Source of the DNA: Ruditapes philippinarum
Taxonomy: Eukaryota
Direction: 5' to 3'
DNA: 64,000 nt
NCBI RefSeq assembly: GCF_026571515.1
Contig: NW_026856417.1
Coordinates: 1-64,000 of the forward strand
The notes beneath the pieces are model-generated. The model was not told where the DNA came from. It did no database searches and worked only from the letters and a program-made list of their open reading frames with translations. The number at the start of each line of letters is the position of its first letter. Within the stretch, counting starts at the first letter, position 1. Positions 63,706 through 64,000 of the stretch are shown here, piece by piece. The position numbers and the translations under genes were made by a program.

Positions 63706-64000
63706 ATAATTATAAAAAACAGACTTTTGAAAAATTTGATATCAAATATGCAAACATTTTGCATATTTATTAATCACTTTGCAAACTTTGTGAAAAGACG
63801 TGCACACGTTTTTTACCTGCCAGTGTAGTATACCAATAGCTTAAAATAATAAAAATTGTTATAAGACATAATTATGCAAGCAAGCCTTCTCGTGAGTTAT
63901 GAATATGATAATTTATTTTTTTAAACTATTAGGATTAATGTTTTAAAAATGTAAACTCGCGAATGAAGTTGTTTAAAGCAATGTAAATCTCCATTTAGTT

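Overview
AT-rich eukaryotic genomic DNA, most likely a mollusc and probably a bivalve (inferred from spliced genes, the FReD expansion, and the tRNA-SINE, helentron-like and Kolobok repeats). It has two 159-N assembly gaps. In order: (1) the decaying edge of a ~404-bp dimeric satellite; (2) an ~80-bp minisatellite split by a dead, 5'-truncated LINE that itself carries a TTAA-targeted Kolobok-type MITE; (3) a 5-exon, 297-aa secreted protein whose motifs resemble a bacterial-type beta-propeller family (candidate horizontal transfer with intron gain); (4) a tandem cluster of five paralogous fibrinogen-related (FReD) genes, four intact (415-416 aa) and one pseudogene, with the unusual architecture signal peptide - PAN/apple - 4-Cys mini-module - CCP/sushi - Cys linker - fibrinogen C domain. 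The paralogues show a variable ligand-binding region, a co-varying extra Cys pair and signs of gene conversion; (5) many mobile elements, including a 4.5-kb deleted Kolobok element keeping an open 7-exon ORF and a deleted mariner with symmetric subterminal motifs. Gene models were spliced by hand from GT-AG sites and reading-frame continuity. No database searches were run.
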